Origin: a virus
DNA: 64,000 nt
IMG/VR virus record: IMGVR_UViG_3300039183_000005
Span: 32,001-96,000 of that record
Direction: 5' to 3' (one strand)
The notes below the pieces were generated by a model. The model saw nothing but the letters and a program-made list of their open reading frames with translations, made no database searches and was not told the origin of the DNA. Below, piece after piece: positions 27,022-37,833 of this stretch; within the stretch, counting starts at the first letter, position 1; each line of letters begins with the position of its first letter. The position numbers and the translations under genes were made by a program.

Positions 27022-30000
27022 ATGGCCCAATGTTATTATACAGAAAATTATCAAACTTGGAGCCCATCCGGTAAGCAAGTATGGGAAGAAAAGGACTTAT
27101 CTCCATGGCTTCCGAGTACTGGAGATATAACAGCAGAAATTGTTATATTAAATAGCAATACGATAGTGGGAGTTTTTTCCGGTGGGATAAGAGCCGCTGG
27201 TTCTTCGTTAGATAGAAAATTTAATATATACAGGGTTCCATTTTATGATGGATACAATCCATTAACATTGCACGTTCAAGTTTCTGGCGGTAAAATTGAG
27301 TGCTATGCCTCAAGTGGTATAGATTTCTGTTTGTTGGGATATTGGACTGGAACTCGATATGTAGAAAAAAATGATGATTTTGCGCCTGCATCTGGTGGTG
27401 CTTGGATCAATACAAATCTTAGTACCTTTGGTGTTCCAAGCGGTGCTATAGCAGAAATTGCTCTTGGAGATGCTAATGGTAATAATAACTTCGGCGTTCG
27501 ATCTGTCGGAAATGATAATCTTCGTTACGTTAAAATGAATGCTGGAGATACCTTGCACGGTAAATATAATTACTGGACATCCCTGGTGCAAACCAGCGGC
27601 AACAATGCGACAATTCAATATTATTCACAAACCTATACGACTGGACGAAAATTATTTGTTTGTGGTTACTGGGATACTCCACCTGGGGATTATACTGATA
27701 TATTTGATAGAGATGCAGCTAATCCAATAAATGATAGTACATGGGACGTTATCGATGTAGCTAATGTACAATCTGGATATGTAGCATCATTCGGCATCAT
27801 GACCGAAGAACCACTTCATAGTCGTGTTTTAGGTATTCGTCAATCTGGAAGCATTATTGATAGAAAAAATAATATACGTTTTTCTACTGCCACAAAAATC
27901 AATATGGTATATTGTTCGCACGTAAATGTTAATCCATACATTGAAGCTTACTCAGAAGATGCTTCTGGAAGTAATGATGATTTTACTTTATTGGGTTATT
28001 GGAACAATTTTTCATCATATTTCGAATCGATAAATGCTAGCGGCAATTTATATATATGCGGACATGATATAGCTCCTGTTTTGAGTGGCAGTAAATTATA
28101 TTACACAAATTTGGTTGAAAAGCAAATTGTCGCATATGATATTGATAATTTTGAAACAGACATTATTGTCGCAAGTGGATTAAATGCCCCATATGGAATA
28201 GTGTCTGACAGCATTAGGGATCATTTATACTGGGTTGATAAAAGTGACGGAACAGTTAATAGATGTACTACAAGTGGAGATAATATCTGTATAATTAGTT
28301 CTGGATTTTCACTTCCGTCACATATAGCTTTCGACTATTTAAATAGCAATTTATATATTGTTGGTAATAGTGATGATTATATATCTAGAATTAATATTGA
28401 TGGCTCAAATAATGTTCTTATTCTTGATAGTTCTGACGGAATTTCAGCTCCTAGTAGAATTCAATTATTGCCATATTCTGGTATAATGTTTTGGACAGAA
28501 ACAGATACCACTAATGGTAAAATCAAAAAAGCTAATTTGGATGGATCAGAAATACAAACTATAGTAAGTGGTTTATATAATCCAATAGGAATAGCGTTAG
28601 ATAAAACTAACAATAAAATTTATTGGACACACACACCAACAACTGGAGACCCATTTAATGGACAAATACAAAGATCAAATTTTGATGGATCAAACATAGA
28701 AACAATTTCTGATGGATTTGGATTTTTACTTGGTCTTGTTATAGATCAATTCTCAGAATTTGCTTATGTTAATATTTATGCCGGTGCTGAAAATGATGTA
28801 ATAGCAAAAGTTAATATGTCCGACGGAACAAAAGAATATATCATCATGGTCGATGGCCATATCAACGGAATGGCTATTTACAATCCGTCTCCAGGAATTA
28901 AAACATTTACACATGGACATGACACCATATTATCTTCTAGTGATTTATTCATATCAGGAAAAGATGATAACTTAAATAATTGCAATCTTTTTATACCTGG
29001 ACACGATATAGTATCAATTTCCAGTGATTTATTTATTGATGGCGAATGTCCATGTAATGATAGTTGCGACCTATTTACATCCGCCATGCATATATGTTCA
29101 AATAATTTGAACCTTTTTGTAAAAACTTGGAATTTTGATGGAAATTGTCACTACACCGAAGATATTCATAGTTGGCATATTGAAAATAGTGGGTCGTGGG
29201 AAGTCCATGATTTAAATTCTCATATTGTTGTGCCATCTGGAGATACTCCCAGCATAGTAGCAGAAATTTTGATTTCTAATATTGGTGATATTCCATGGTC
29301 TGGTGGTGTCCGTACATTAAATTCTTCGCTAGACAGAAAAATAGGTATTTTTCAACAGGATAATATTGAATGGTCTGGTGCCAATTATGGTGCTACGATG
29401 CACGTACAACTTTCTAATGATCATAAGTTAGAATGTTACGCGCAAAACTGTGATGATATTAAATTTATTTTATTAGGATATTGGGTTGGTCCAGAATATG
29501 TCGAATTAGCCGAAAGATTCAATTTTGTTGGTGCTGCTGATTGGGCGCAAAAATCACTAGATACCTATGGAGTTGCTAGTGGTGCTATAGCCGAATTAGT
29601 TGCTGGATGTTATTATTCCTCTGAATATCGCATGGGTGCTAGACAAATAGGTTCTGATATAGACCGATTCATATATGCTGGCCGTGGACAATGGACTGGA
29701 TTGCCAGGAAGTTCACGAGGTTATTGGTCAACGTTCGTTAATACAAGCGGCAATAATGCTGTTATAGAGATCAAATCTGATTTTCCGACTTTAGTTACCG
29801 GCGGTATATATTGGATGGAAAATTTCGTTGCTGGATATTGGTCTAATCCACCTGGTGAATATACTGAACAATATACTATTGATGATGCATCTATAGGAAT
29901 AGATAGTACTTGGACAAATGTTAGTGGAACAGCACCATCAGATTCCGTAGCACAATATTATGTATCTAACAAAAAATTAACAAAACAAACACTTGGTATC

Positions 30001-30170
30001 AGATCATTAGCCAATGAGCTTGATCGTAAATTTAGTCTTCCAAGATCACCAACTAGTAAAACATCAAATTTTAGTTCGCATGTCAATGTATCGTCAGACG
30101 TAAAAGTATATGCTCAATATGGTGCCGACAATAATGAAAATATAAATTTATTAGGTTATTGGAATAATTT
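27022..30170 (+). repeat. duplicated ~335-aa module (about 27022-28020 and 29146-30170)
   Basis: Both copies share C.YTE, SSLDRK, LLGYW, SGAIAE, TSGNNA, PPG.YT, DSTW, LGIR, SHVNV, LLGYWNNF. Confidence 0.85.
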
Positions 30171-33100
30171 TAATTCATGGACACCTCTGACTTCAGATAG
30201 TATATCACTTTTTATGTCTGGGATTCCAGCTTTTATAAATACTAGTGGCGACAAAGGCGGGTTATATCCATCTGGTGTTTCATTATATATCTATGGTATT
30301 CAATCTGATAATATTGATTTGTTTACCAACGGTGCTGATAGCAGTGATGCTTCTGGAAGTTTGTTTATACATGGAATATTTAATTATGCTACTAGCCAAG
30401 AATATTCTTTGTCTTATCCATCTGGTCTTCAATGTTATACTGTCGGTAGTGGCATAATTTCAGAAAGTGGTCAATTTCCACTTGTTATTGACGGATTTAA
30501 TATACCTGAAGTATCCGGTGATCTTTTCATTAACGGTTATGATCTCTCTTCTGTGTCTGGCGATTTATTCATAAAAGCTCCTGAGCCAGCAGCATCTTCA
30601 TTAAGTCTTTTCATCTATAATCCAGTTGATCTAGGACCAGGTTTAATTAGAGAAGCTGATGCTGTATTTTATTTGAGATATTATCATGATGGCCCAGATT
30701 CAGCAGGTGATATACAGGAATTTGTAAATAACCAAACATGGTATATTCCAGAAACCTTATTTCAACACAGTCCGTTTATTGGCGTATCCGGTAAAGTGGT
30801 TGAAAATGTTGGATCATCAGAAATAATTGAACCATTTGCTCCGACTTTCGGAGATGGCACTTATCCGCAATTTAATGATCTTGGCGGACCTAATTATCGT
30901 GAAGCACTAGACACTGACTACCGCACCCCTGGAGGTGGATGGCAGTCCACTAAACTTGGTTATTCTGAAAGCACCAAATATCAACAAAATACTTGTGGCC
31001 CAATTGATGATTATCAATATCCCGGTTCTAGTAGTTTTACTACAGTTTTTTGGATGTCCGGTGCTCATACATCGGGGAATGTTGCTGAAGTAGGTTGGTT
31101 CAGAAAAGATAATGTTGAAGATTTAGATATTGCCCTAGCAGTTCACACTGTTGGTATTCGTATTGAAAGTGAAAGTGGTCTCACTGTCATAACTAATATG
31201 CGTGATGTGCCATATGAACAACCCAGCGGAGGTGGTTTATGGTGGGGCGGTACCACTCACTACGGAACTCCAACTGGAACAGACTGGACATGGCGCAGTG
31301 CAAATGAATACTGGACGTGGACAGAAGAATGGCCAACTGTACATATAGAACATAATCCAATTACTTTTGTAGCCTTACATGCGGATTTTATAGCTAGTGG
31401 TGTCGATGGTGGTCATCCCAATCACATGAAGGTATATCTGAGTCTGGATGGTCAACCATGGACGTATATTGGTTCTGGATTAACCGGTCCACCAGCAAGC
31501 TCTCTATATAGCTACAGTGATCCAAGAAATAGAAAAGCTGAAAATTGTGTTGGCGTTAGACAGCAAGGTATTAATGTCAGTGGCGGAATTATTCCTGCGG
31601 AGATTGGTGGCGTTAAACAGGGTAGTATTATTCTGTCAGAAAATGTTCTGTGGACTGATGCAGATAAATTTACCAACGGTGAATTAAGTGCTTTATACAG
31701 TGTTGTTGATCAATATTATCGGCCACTTAATGAGTATAGACCTACTATCGTTCCGCCGTCAACATATATTAAAAGAACGTTCAGTGATTTTATATATAGT
31801 CCAGCAGATATCAGTGTTGGATATAATCCAGGAGAAATTTGTTCTGGCATATTGGTAACGATTGAAGTTGGCCTTGGAGCCTACGGAGATGCTGCATCAG
31901 CTTATCTTATTGAAGAAAATATCCCATCTGGCGTATATGTCCGTAATATTAGTCGTTCTAGTGGTACATCTGCATATTACAATCAGGGATCGCGTCCTGC
32001 TGGTGGTCAAGCGGCTTTTAATGATCCACAAAGTGGTATAATATTACCTTATGATTTTGATGTCGGTAATATCTATGAATCACAAATTCGCTGGATAAAT
32101 CATGATAATAATCCAGAACCAAATCAACGTCGATCGCCACAACCAATTAAAACATTTACATACGAATTATATCCACAACATTATTCAGCATTGCCATATG
32201 TTGATATATTCGAATTTAATGGTAGCGGTATTTTCTTCGGTGGATCAATTGGCAGTGGAACGTTTGATCTAGAAACTATTAACGATAAGATATTGATTAC
32301 CAGTGGACTGACTGGTGGTATTATACAAAACGGATGTTCCTTGTATGTGTCTGGACCAATCGTATCCAGTGGAACAATCAATTTATATATTCGGACACAA
32401 GAAACATTTACAAGCGCCTACATTGGTACAGCCCAAAAAACACCGACAATCACAGATTTTATCTTTGCAGCAGATGGTGCAGCCGCTATTGAATCCATGC
32501 CAGGAATGGAATATGGTCCACCATTGTATACTAGGGGACCAATTCAGTATACAAATACATGTGATTTTGTTATATTTGGTCCAGAAGCCAACAATGTAGA
32601 TTTCTTTATCCATGGATATGCGCACATTGACACTAGCGGAAACTATCCATCTGGTTTATCGCTGCATATTGGAAATGGCCATGAATCCTCTGTTGCGTCT
32701 GGCAATTTGTTCATTAACGGTCCTGTCCTATCATCGGGCAATATGTATATGCACACTAGAGCTGGTGCCTTTGAACCGCCAATTGACTTGTTGACTATCG
32801 GACATATACTATATTCTGGCGATATAAGTGGATATATTAAGGGGCCTGAATTTATTTGCTCAAGTGGTAATTTTTCATATCCAGGTAATCAGGATGATTT
32901 TATATATCCATATGGTAATCCCAGTCCAACGTTATACATCCTACCACATACGAATGCTAGCGGAACATGTCCGTTATACATTGGTCCGCAGCGATTACGA
33001 GAAAATTGGATTCTATATTTAAAAACAGATAGCAATAGTAAAAATAATACATTAAATTTATTTGTTCATGGTTTTACATCAGTTTCCGGAGTAAATCAGA

Positions 33101-33672
33101 CATTCAATAATGCTTCTTTGTATATTGAAGCTATTGATGCTGATTATCCGTATACTGGAGGCGGGACAGAAAAGTGGACATTATTCCTCGATGCCCAAGA
33201 AGGTAATCCCACTAGTGACGAAGCGTGGTCACTATTTCTTAAGGCCGATTTAACGATACCAGCTAGTTATGATATGTATATTCGTGGCCATGCTTCTGGT
33301 CAGGCTCCAAATGGTATAGAAATTACTGATTTTATTGGTCTTGTATGTAGTGTTAATCCTGACGATCCAAGGCGAATTGGATTTATACCACATAATTCTG
33401 ATAATGATCCATGGACACTATTTTTGAAATGTGTTCCTGGTCATTTTGGCATAACTACACTTTATATGTCTGGTGCAGCTCCCACACTACTTGCTTCGTC
33501 TGGCAATTTATTTGTAGAAGGACTATTTGAACAAGAAACAGCCGCATTACAGCTTTATCTGATGGGAATCTCAGGAATATTTAATAACGGTCCAAGTGGG
33601 CTTTATCTATTTATTGATGCTGGTAGGCAGGTGTATAATACCAGCGGGAACATGTACACACATGGATATTAA
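27022..33672 (+). CDS. giant modular tail fibre/adhesin-like virion protein
   Basis: 2216 aa; two copies of a GYW-repeat module, YWTD-like beta-propeller, SG-x-LFI-x-G spacer repeats; about 65 SG dipeptides. Confidence 0.65.
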   Translation: MAQCYYTENYQTWSPSGKQVWEEKDLSPWLPSTGDITAEIVILNSNTIVGVFSGGIRAAGSSLDRKFNIYRVPFYDGYNPLTLHVQVSGGKIECYASSGIDFCLLGYWTGTRYVEKNDDFAPASGGAWINTNLSTFGVPSGAIAEIALGDANGNNNFGVRSVGNDNLRYVKMNAGDTLHGKYNYWTSLVQTSGNNATIQYYSQTYTTGRKLFVCGYWDTPPGDYTDIFDRDAANPINDSTWDVIDVANVQSGYVASFGIMTEEPLHSRVLGIRQSGSIIDRKNNIRFSTATKINMVYCSHVNVNPYIEAYSEDASGSNDDFTLLGYWNNFSSYFESINASGNLYICGHDIAPVLSGSKLYYTNLVEKQIVAYDIDNFETDIIVASGLNAPYGIVSDSIRDHLYWVDKSDGTVNRCTTSGDNICIISSGFSLPSHIAFDYLNSNLYIVGNSDDYISRINIDGSNNVLILDSSDGISAPSRIQLLPYSGIMFWTETDTTNGKIKKANLDGSEIQTIVSGLYNPIGIALDKTNNKIYWTHTPTTGDPFNGQIQRSNFDGSNIETISDGFGFLLGLVIDQFSEFAYVNIYAGAENDVIAKVNMSDGTKEYIIMVDGHINGMAIYNPSPGIKTFTHGHDTILSSSDLFISGKDDNLNNCNLFIPGHDIVSISSDLFIDGECPCNDSCDLFTSAMHICSNNLNLFVKTWNFDGNCHYTEDIHSWHIENSGSWEVHDLNSHIVVPSGDTPSIVAEILISNIGDIPWSGGVRTLNSSLDRKIGIFQQDNIEWSGANYGATMHVQLSNDHKLECYAQNCDDIKFILLGYWVGPEYVELAERFNFVGAADWAQKSLDTYGVASGAIAELVAGCYYSSEYRMGARQIGSDIDRFIYAGRGQWTGLPGSSRGYWSTFVNTSGNNAVIEIKSDFPTLVTGGIYWMENFVAGYWSNPPGEYTEQYTIDDASIGIDSTWTNVSGTAPSDSVAQYYVSNKKLTKQTLGIRSLANELDRKFSLPRSPTSKTSNFSSHVNVSSDVKVYAQYGADNNENINLLGYWNNFNSWTPLTSDSISLFMSGIPAFINTSGDKGGLYPSGVSLYIYGIQSDNIDLFTNGADSSDASGSLFIHGIFNYATSQEYSLSYPSGLQCYTVGSGIISESGQFPLVIDGFNIPEVSGDLFINGYDLSSVSGDLFIKAPEPAASSLSLFIYNPVDLGPGLIREADAVFYLRYYHDGPDSAGDIQEFVNNQTWYIPETLFQHSPFIGVSGKVVENVGSSEIIEPFAPTFGDGTYPQFNDLGGPNYREALDTDYRTPGGGWQSTKLGYSESTKYQQNTCGPIDDYQYPGSSSFTTVFWMSGAHTSGNVAEVGWFRKDNVEDLDIALAVHTVGIRIESESGLTVITNMRDVPYEQPSGGGLWWGGTTHYGTPTGTDWTWRSANEYWTWTEEWPTVHIEHNPITFVALHADFIASGVDGGHPNHMKVYLSLDGQPWTYIGSGLTGPPASSLYSYSDPRNRKAENCVGVRQQGINVSGGIIPAEIGGVKQGSIILSENVLWTDADKFTNGELSALYSVVDQYYRPLNEYRPTIVPPSTYIKRTFSDFIYSPADISVGYNPGEICSGILVTIEVGLGAYGDAASAYLIEENIPSGVYVRNISRSSGTSAYYNQGSRPAGGQAAFNDPQSGIILPYDFDVGNIYESQIRWINHDNNPEPNQRRSPQPIKTFTYELYPQHYSALPYVDIFEFNGSGIFFGGSIGSGTFDLETINDKILITSGLTGGIIQNGCSLYVSGPIVSSGTINLYIRTQETFTSAYIGTAQKTPTITDFIFAADGAAAIESMPGMEYGPPLYTRGPIQYTNTCDFVIFGPEANNVDFFIHGYAHIDTSGNYPSGLSLHIGNGHESSVASGNLFINGPVLSSGNMYMHTRAGAFEPPIDLLTIGHILYSGDISGYIKGPEFICSSGNFSYPGNQDDFIYPYGNPSPTLYILPHTNASGTCPLYIGPQRLRENWILYLKTDSNSKNNTLNLFVHGFTSVSGVNQTFNNASLYIEAIDADYPYTGGGTEKWTLFLDAQEGNPTSDEAWSLFLKADLTIPASYDMYIRGHASGQAPNGIEITDFIGLVCSVNPDDPRRIGFIPHNSDNDPWTLFLKCVPGHFGITTLYMSGAAPTLLASSGNLFVEGLFEQETAALQLYLMGISGIFNNGPSGLYLFIDAGRQVYNTSGNMYTHGY
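33631..33638 (+). promoter_or_regulatory. GTGTATAA putative late promoter
   Basis: ~45 nt before 33684 start, within end of previous gene. Confidence 0.4.
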
Positions 33673-33683
33673 GAGGAGATAAC

Positions 33684-35426
33684 ATGGCTTCAGTTGTATA
33701 TGATAATAAAGCAATTATTCCGGCACCATTAGTGTCAGTAAATAAAGTTTATCGCGCTGCCGGTGACGGCAGAAAACACGGAGTAGGATATGAAATTTCT
33801 TTAATAGGGACTATTTTACCATTTCGTGGTTCTCCAAGTGGTAATTATACGCTTGGTAATCCATCAGATGCTTTTTGGACTATCGGTGGATATCCGCCAG
33901 ACGAAACTTATATTGGTGGAGACGAACCTTTCGTTCGCCTTGAACGAAAACAAGAAGCTTTACGGTGGCTATTTAGTGAAGACGGTCTACAATTGGAATG
34001 GTATGGTGGTGCAGGTTCTCCTGTCAAATGCCGTCCAAAAATTAAATCAATCATTTTTCCAGAGGGACAATGGGCTGATCGTTGCGAATATCGTATTGAA
34101 TTAGAAGCCGAGTATCTTACCGGAATAATTGACGAAGATAGTTTTGATGGTTCTGGTATAAAAGATGTGTCAGAAGAATGGCAATTTAATGAAGTTCCCG
34201 GATATAGTGGTCAGGTTTATGAAATTAATCATATTGTAAGCGCTAAGGGAGAAATGACTTTTGATGAAGTTACTGGCAATCAGATTAACGCATGGAGTAA
34301 TGCTAAATCTTGGTGTGATTCGCGTATTACGGGTTTGCCAGATACAACATTTGTGCAATATGCTACCAATTTTGCTAATTGGGTAAATGGTGGTTATACT
34401 AAAAGTACCAATATAGCCGAAAATGATGGTAGCTATGCGATAACAGAAACATGGACTATTAGGTCTGCCAGCTTGGGCGAGACAGCAACAACCTATATTG
34501 AAAAATCTTTTACAGTTATTCATAATGCGGATACGGATTCGGTTGATATCAGTTATAACGGTACCATTTATGGTCTTAAAAATCAGGGGCGTACCGGTGG
34601 TGTTTCTGCTATAGCAGCAGCGAAAGCTGCTGTTCCGACAAATTCCGTAGCCAGGACAGCAACAATTTCCGCACTTGGCACATTGCTTGGCGAATATGTT
34701 ATTGCTACATCGCCGACACAGAAAAATGTTACAATAAATAATAAAGATGCTGTTGTAACCTTTAGTTTTAATTGGTCGGCTGGAGATGATGCTGATTATG
34801 GTCAGACCAATGAAGCTGTTATATCATACAACTCTGGAGATGGAGTTTATACCCTCGTTCTTAATGTTGATATTGATGGCAATGGTGATACAGCAGCTCA
34901 ACGTTTAATAAATGCTCGCAATAATATTCCGTCTGATTCTACCGCATTAACACTAGCACAATCATTAGTCGGAGCACAAAAGCCTGTTGGTGTTGTTTTC
35001 TCATCAGAATATACATCTAAATCAAGTGCTATTAATGAAGCTCAGGGTTCTTCTAGAACATCATGGACATGGACAGATAAGGATGACAATAACGTAGAAA
35101 TAGCTGTTGAAATTGCATATCCACAAATTGTTGCTGCTAAAATATCAATTCCTGGCCGTATAGCTGGACCAATTATACAAAGGATTAATACGGCAACAGC
35201 CAAGCAGATTACAGTAACATATCGTTCTGAAGGACATAGCGATAAACCAGATTCGGATATTATAGCTGATACAATGGATGATGCTGGTGGTGTTCCATAT
35301 GGACCTATGATTAGTCCATGGTATCCTGGGTCGTATATTCTTGATAATGATAGAGAAAACTGGAGTCCTACTACTGGAAAATATTCTAGAACTCGTGTTC
35401 ACACTGTTACGGAGAGTGGATCATAA
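33684..35426 (+). CDS. putative tail tip/baseplate protein
   Basis: GAGGAG RBS; beta-rich, downstream of TMP. Confidence 0.5.
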   Translation: MASVVYDNKAIIPAPLVSVNKVYRAAGDGRKHGVGYEISLIGTILPFRGSPSGNYTLGNPSDAFWTIGGYPPDETYIGGDEPFVRLERKQEALRWLFSEDGLQLEWYGGAGSPVKCRPKIKSIIFPEGQWADRCEYRIELEAEYLTGIIDEDSFDGSGIKDVSEEWQFNEVPGYSGQVYEINHIVSAKGEMTFDEVTGNQINAWSNAKSWCDSRITGLPDTTFVQYATNFANWVNGGYTKSTNIAENDGSYAITETWTIRSASLGETATTYIEKSFTVIHNADTDSVDISYNGTIYGLKNQGRTGGVSAIAAAKAAVPTNSVARTATISALGTLLGEYVIATSPTQKNVTINNKDAVVTFSFNWSAGDDADYGQTNEAVISYNSGDGVYTLVLNVDIDGNGDTAAQRLINARNNIPSDSTALTLAQSLVGAQKPVGVVFSSEYTSKSSAINEAQGSSRTSWTWTDKDDNNVEIAVEIAYPQIVAAKISIPGRIAGPIIQRINTATAKQITVTYRSEGHSDKPDSDIIADTMDDAGGVPYGPMISPWYPGSYILDNDRENWSPTTGKYSRTRVHTVTESGS

Positions 35427-37828
35427 TGGCTACCGTTATTTACGATGATACATTTGGTGCTAGATCAACGAAGGTCTTTGGATGTTCATTTAAGAGTATT
35501 ACTGCGCAAATGGGTTTTAATAGTCAGCCAATTGTTTTTACTGTTACGGTTGTAGAAGAAGAAGATCAGGATTTCACGCTCGATCAATATGATGTCCGTT
35601 CTGCCCAATACATATCATTTGGTGAACTGAGTATTCTTGGTATTGTACAAGGGTGGGAGGGTCCATCTGTCGATCCCAATGGTACTGGTGTCTATGCCGT
35701 ACGCTTAACAGATTGTAGAACAGTTTTAGATTCCGCAAATATTGCTAATGTTTATGTTGATGAACCTGAATCAAATGTTGCTTTGATCAATAGCAATATT
35801 GTTTACGTAGGTACAACAGGAAATGCTTCTGAGAATGTTGGGTCAAATCGTGAAGAAAATACTGGTGTATTATTTAGTACAATTATGGAACGAGTAGAAG
35901 CTGCGACACTACATTATGGCGATGATGTATTTGAAGTAGATATGAGTGAATTAGCTACTCTTACAAATTGGAGAGGTGAAGGTGTCAATCAGTACTATAT
36001 CGAAGGTGAAGTACGATCATTAGTATCAACAATTACAGAATTTTGCAATGCAGTTGGTGCTGAATGGTGGGTTGAATCTCGTAGAAAAAGTGTTATAGAT
36101 AATACAGTTGTAATACAAATTAAAGTTATACGTAGGCTTGATGGTATTGGAAATCCATTAGCACTAGAAATGGATAATTTAGTTGCTCTTCATGATGGTC
36201 ATGTGATTCGCAGAAAAGATGGCTATGAAAATCAGGATATTATTACACATAAAGTTATTTGGGGTGGAGTAAAACGTAAATTAAATCAAGTAAGCGATGT
36301 AGAAATTAAACAATTTTGGGGTTTTGATTCTGATGGTCAACCATTAACAACACCATCGTATACCATGCCAGATGAACCACAATCTCGCCGCATTCAAACA
36401 AGCGTTGCAGAGATGGAAAATGTTCTCAATGGAGACCTTGATGACATTATGGATGCAGATCAATTATCATCACTAAAAAGATATATTGATGATTTTTGGG
36501 GAAAAAGATTTTACTATACATTAAACAAAAATACCCTATCTGATTCCGGCAATGATTTACCTAATTATCCAGAGATTATACCTGCTGGATGGTGGGAGGG
36601 TACGACACCACCACATGGGGTACGTCAATTTGATCCTGATATTCTATTAAAAATGACTACAGAAGATGGTCGTTGGGGTCCATTTGTTCGTTTGTCTGAA
36701 CTTTTTCTAACAGGATCAGGAACAGTTGAATATCCCCTTATTCCACATTATATTACTTGGGCGCCAATTATACAAAATTCAAATAATTTAATTACGCGAG
36801 AAAGTGAATCGTATATGAAATGTACTTTAGAGCAATATGGTAGATATGTAATTATGGTTTTACCTACTGCTCTTACTCGTTATTTTGTTAACACAGAAAC
36901 CAACGAGATAGATAGTGATCGCGTAACTCGTCATAGCGCATTGTCATCTGCGTGGATACCTCTTATGGATCGTGGTATTCATTATGGACCATGGAGCAAT
37001 ACGTCTCTTGCTCGCAGTAGAGTTCCATCGCCAGGTGCTTCTGAGGTGTGTGTAGATAGAGATTTAGTTCCATGGACTTTTGGTGTTCGCGGTTTATCTC
37101 ATACTATAGCTATGTCGCAATTAACAGATATGGCAGAACAAAAAATAGATACTTTACCAGGATTGTCTATTATTAACACAGGGCAGCTTGAGGTAGCAGA
37201 TGTTCCAAAAGTTAACATAGGTCAAGCTGTCGGCCTTGGTGGAAGTATTACGGAAATATTTATACGTTTTGATACTAACGGCGTTTTAACTCGTTATGTT
37301 ATGAATTTATACACACGAGAACTTGGTGAGTTTAAACGTAGAAAACAGAGAGAACGCGAAGAGCAACAAGAAGAAGACGAAAAACAATTAGAAGACAAAT
37401 TTCCTGACAATAAAGATGATTTTGAAGAACCACCAGAGCCAGAACCCGCTCCAGAAGCGGAGGAAGCTCCAACCGGTCCAACGCCAGAAGTAATGGATTA
37501 TGTTTATCAAAAACCAGAAGGTGGTTTGGGTGTTATTTCCGTAAAGGAAGGTGGTCCATTTTATTCGGTTAGACGACTTAGCTATGCAGATATTGATCCA
37601 GATACATTTGCGGGTGGTCTTGATATAACAGGTTCATATTTTTTAGCAGAATGGAACAATGTAAGAAATCTTGCTGAGGCTGAAAACAGTCCTGGTCTAT
37701 TACCAGTTGGGACAAGAGTTACAGTTAGTATTTTTTCCGAATACGACGAACACGGCCCATACGTGGCATATATAGAACAAACTCCACAAGTATTTACTCC
37801 ACCAGTGGTCGATGAGGATGGAGGATAA
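35426..37828 (+). CDS. putative tail hub/baseplate protein
   Basis: V.LTDCRTVLD and SLVSTITEFCNAVG hub-like motifs; acidic Pro-rich linker. Confidence 0.5.
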   Translation: MATVIYDDTFGARSTKVFGCSFKSITAQMGFNSQPIVFTVTVVEEEDQDFTLDQYDVRSAQYISFGELSILGIVQGWEGPSVDPNGTGVYAVRLTDCRTVLDSANIANVYVDEPESNVALINSNIVYVGTTGNASENVGSNREENTGVLFSTIMERVEAATLHYGDDVFEVDMSELATLTNWRGEGVNQYYIEGEVRSLVSTITEFCNAVGAEWWVESRRKSVIDNTVVIQIKVIRRLDGIGNPLALEMDNLVALHDGHVIRRKDGYENQDIITHKVIWGGVKRKLNQVSDVEIKQFWGFDSDGQPLTTPSYTMPDEPQSRRIQTSVAEMENVLNGDLDDIMDADQLSSLKRYIDDFWGKRFYYTLNKNTLSDSGNDLPNYPEIIPAGWWEGTTPPHGVRQFDPDILLKMTTEDGRWGPFVRLSELFLTGSGTVEYPLIPHYITWAPIIQNSNNLITRESESYMKCTLEQYGRYVIMVLPTALTRYFVNTETNEIDSDRVTRHSALSSAWIPLMDRGIHYGPWSNTSLARSRVPSPGASEVCVDRDLVPWTFGVRGLSHTIAMSQLTDMAEQKIDTLPGLSIINTGQLEVADVPKVNIGQAVGLGGSITEIFIRFDTNGVLTRYVMNLYTRELGEFKRRKQREREEQQEEDEKQLEDKFPDNKDDFEEPPEPEPAPEAEEAPTGPTPEVMDYVYQKPEGGLGVISVKEGGPFYSVRRLSYADIDPDTFAGGLDITGSYFLAEWNNVRNLAEAENSPGLLPVGTRVTVSIFSEYDEHGPYVAYIEQTPQVFTPPVVDEDGG

Positions 37829-37833
37829 TATAT

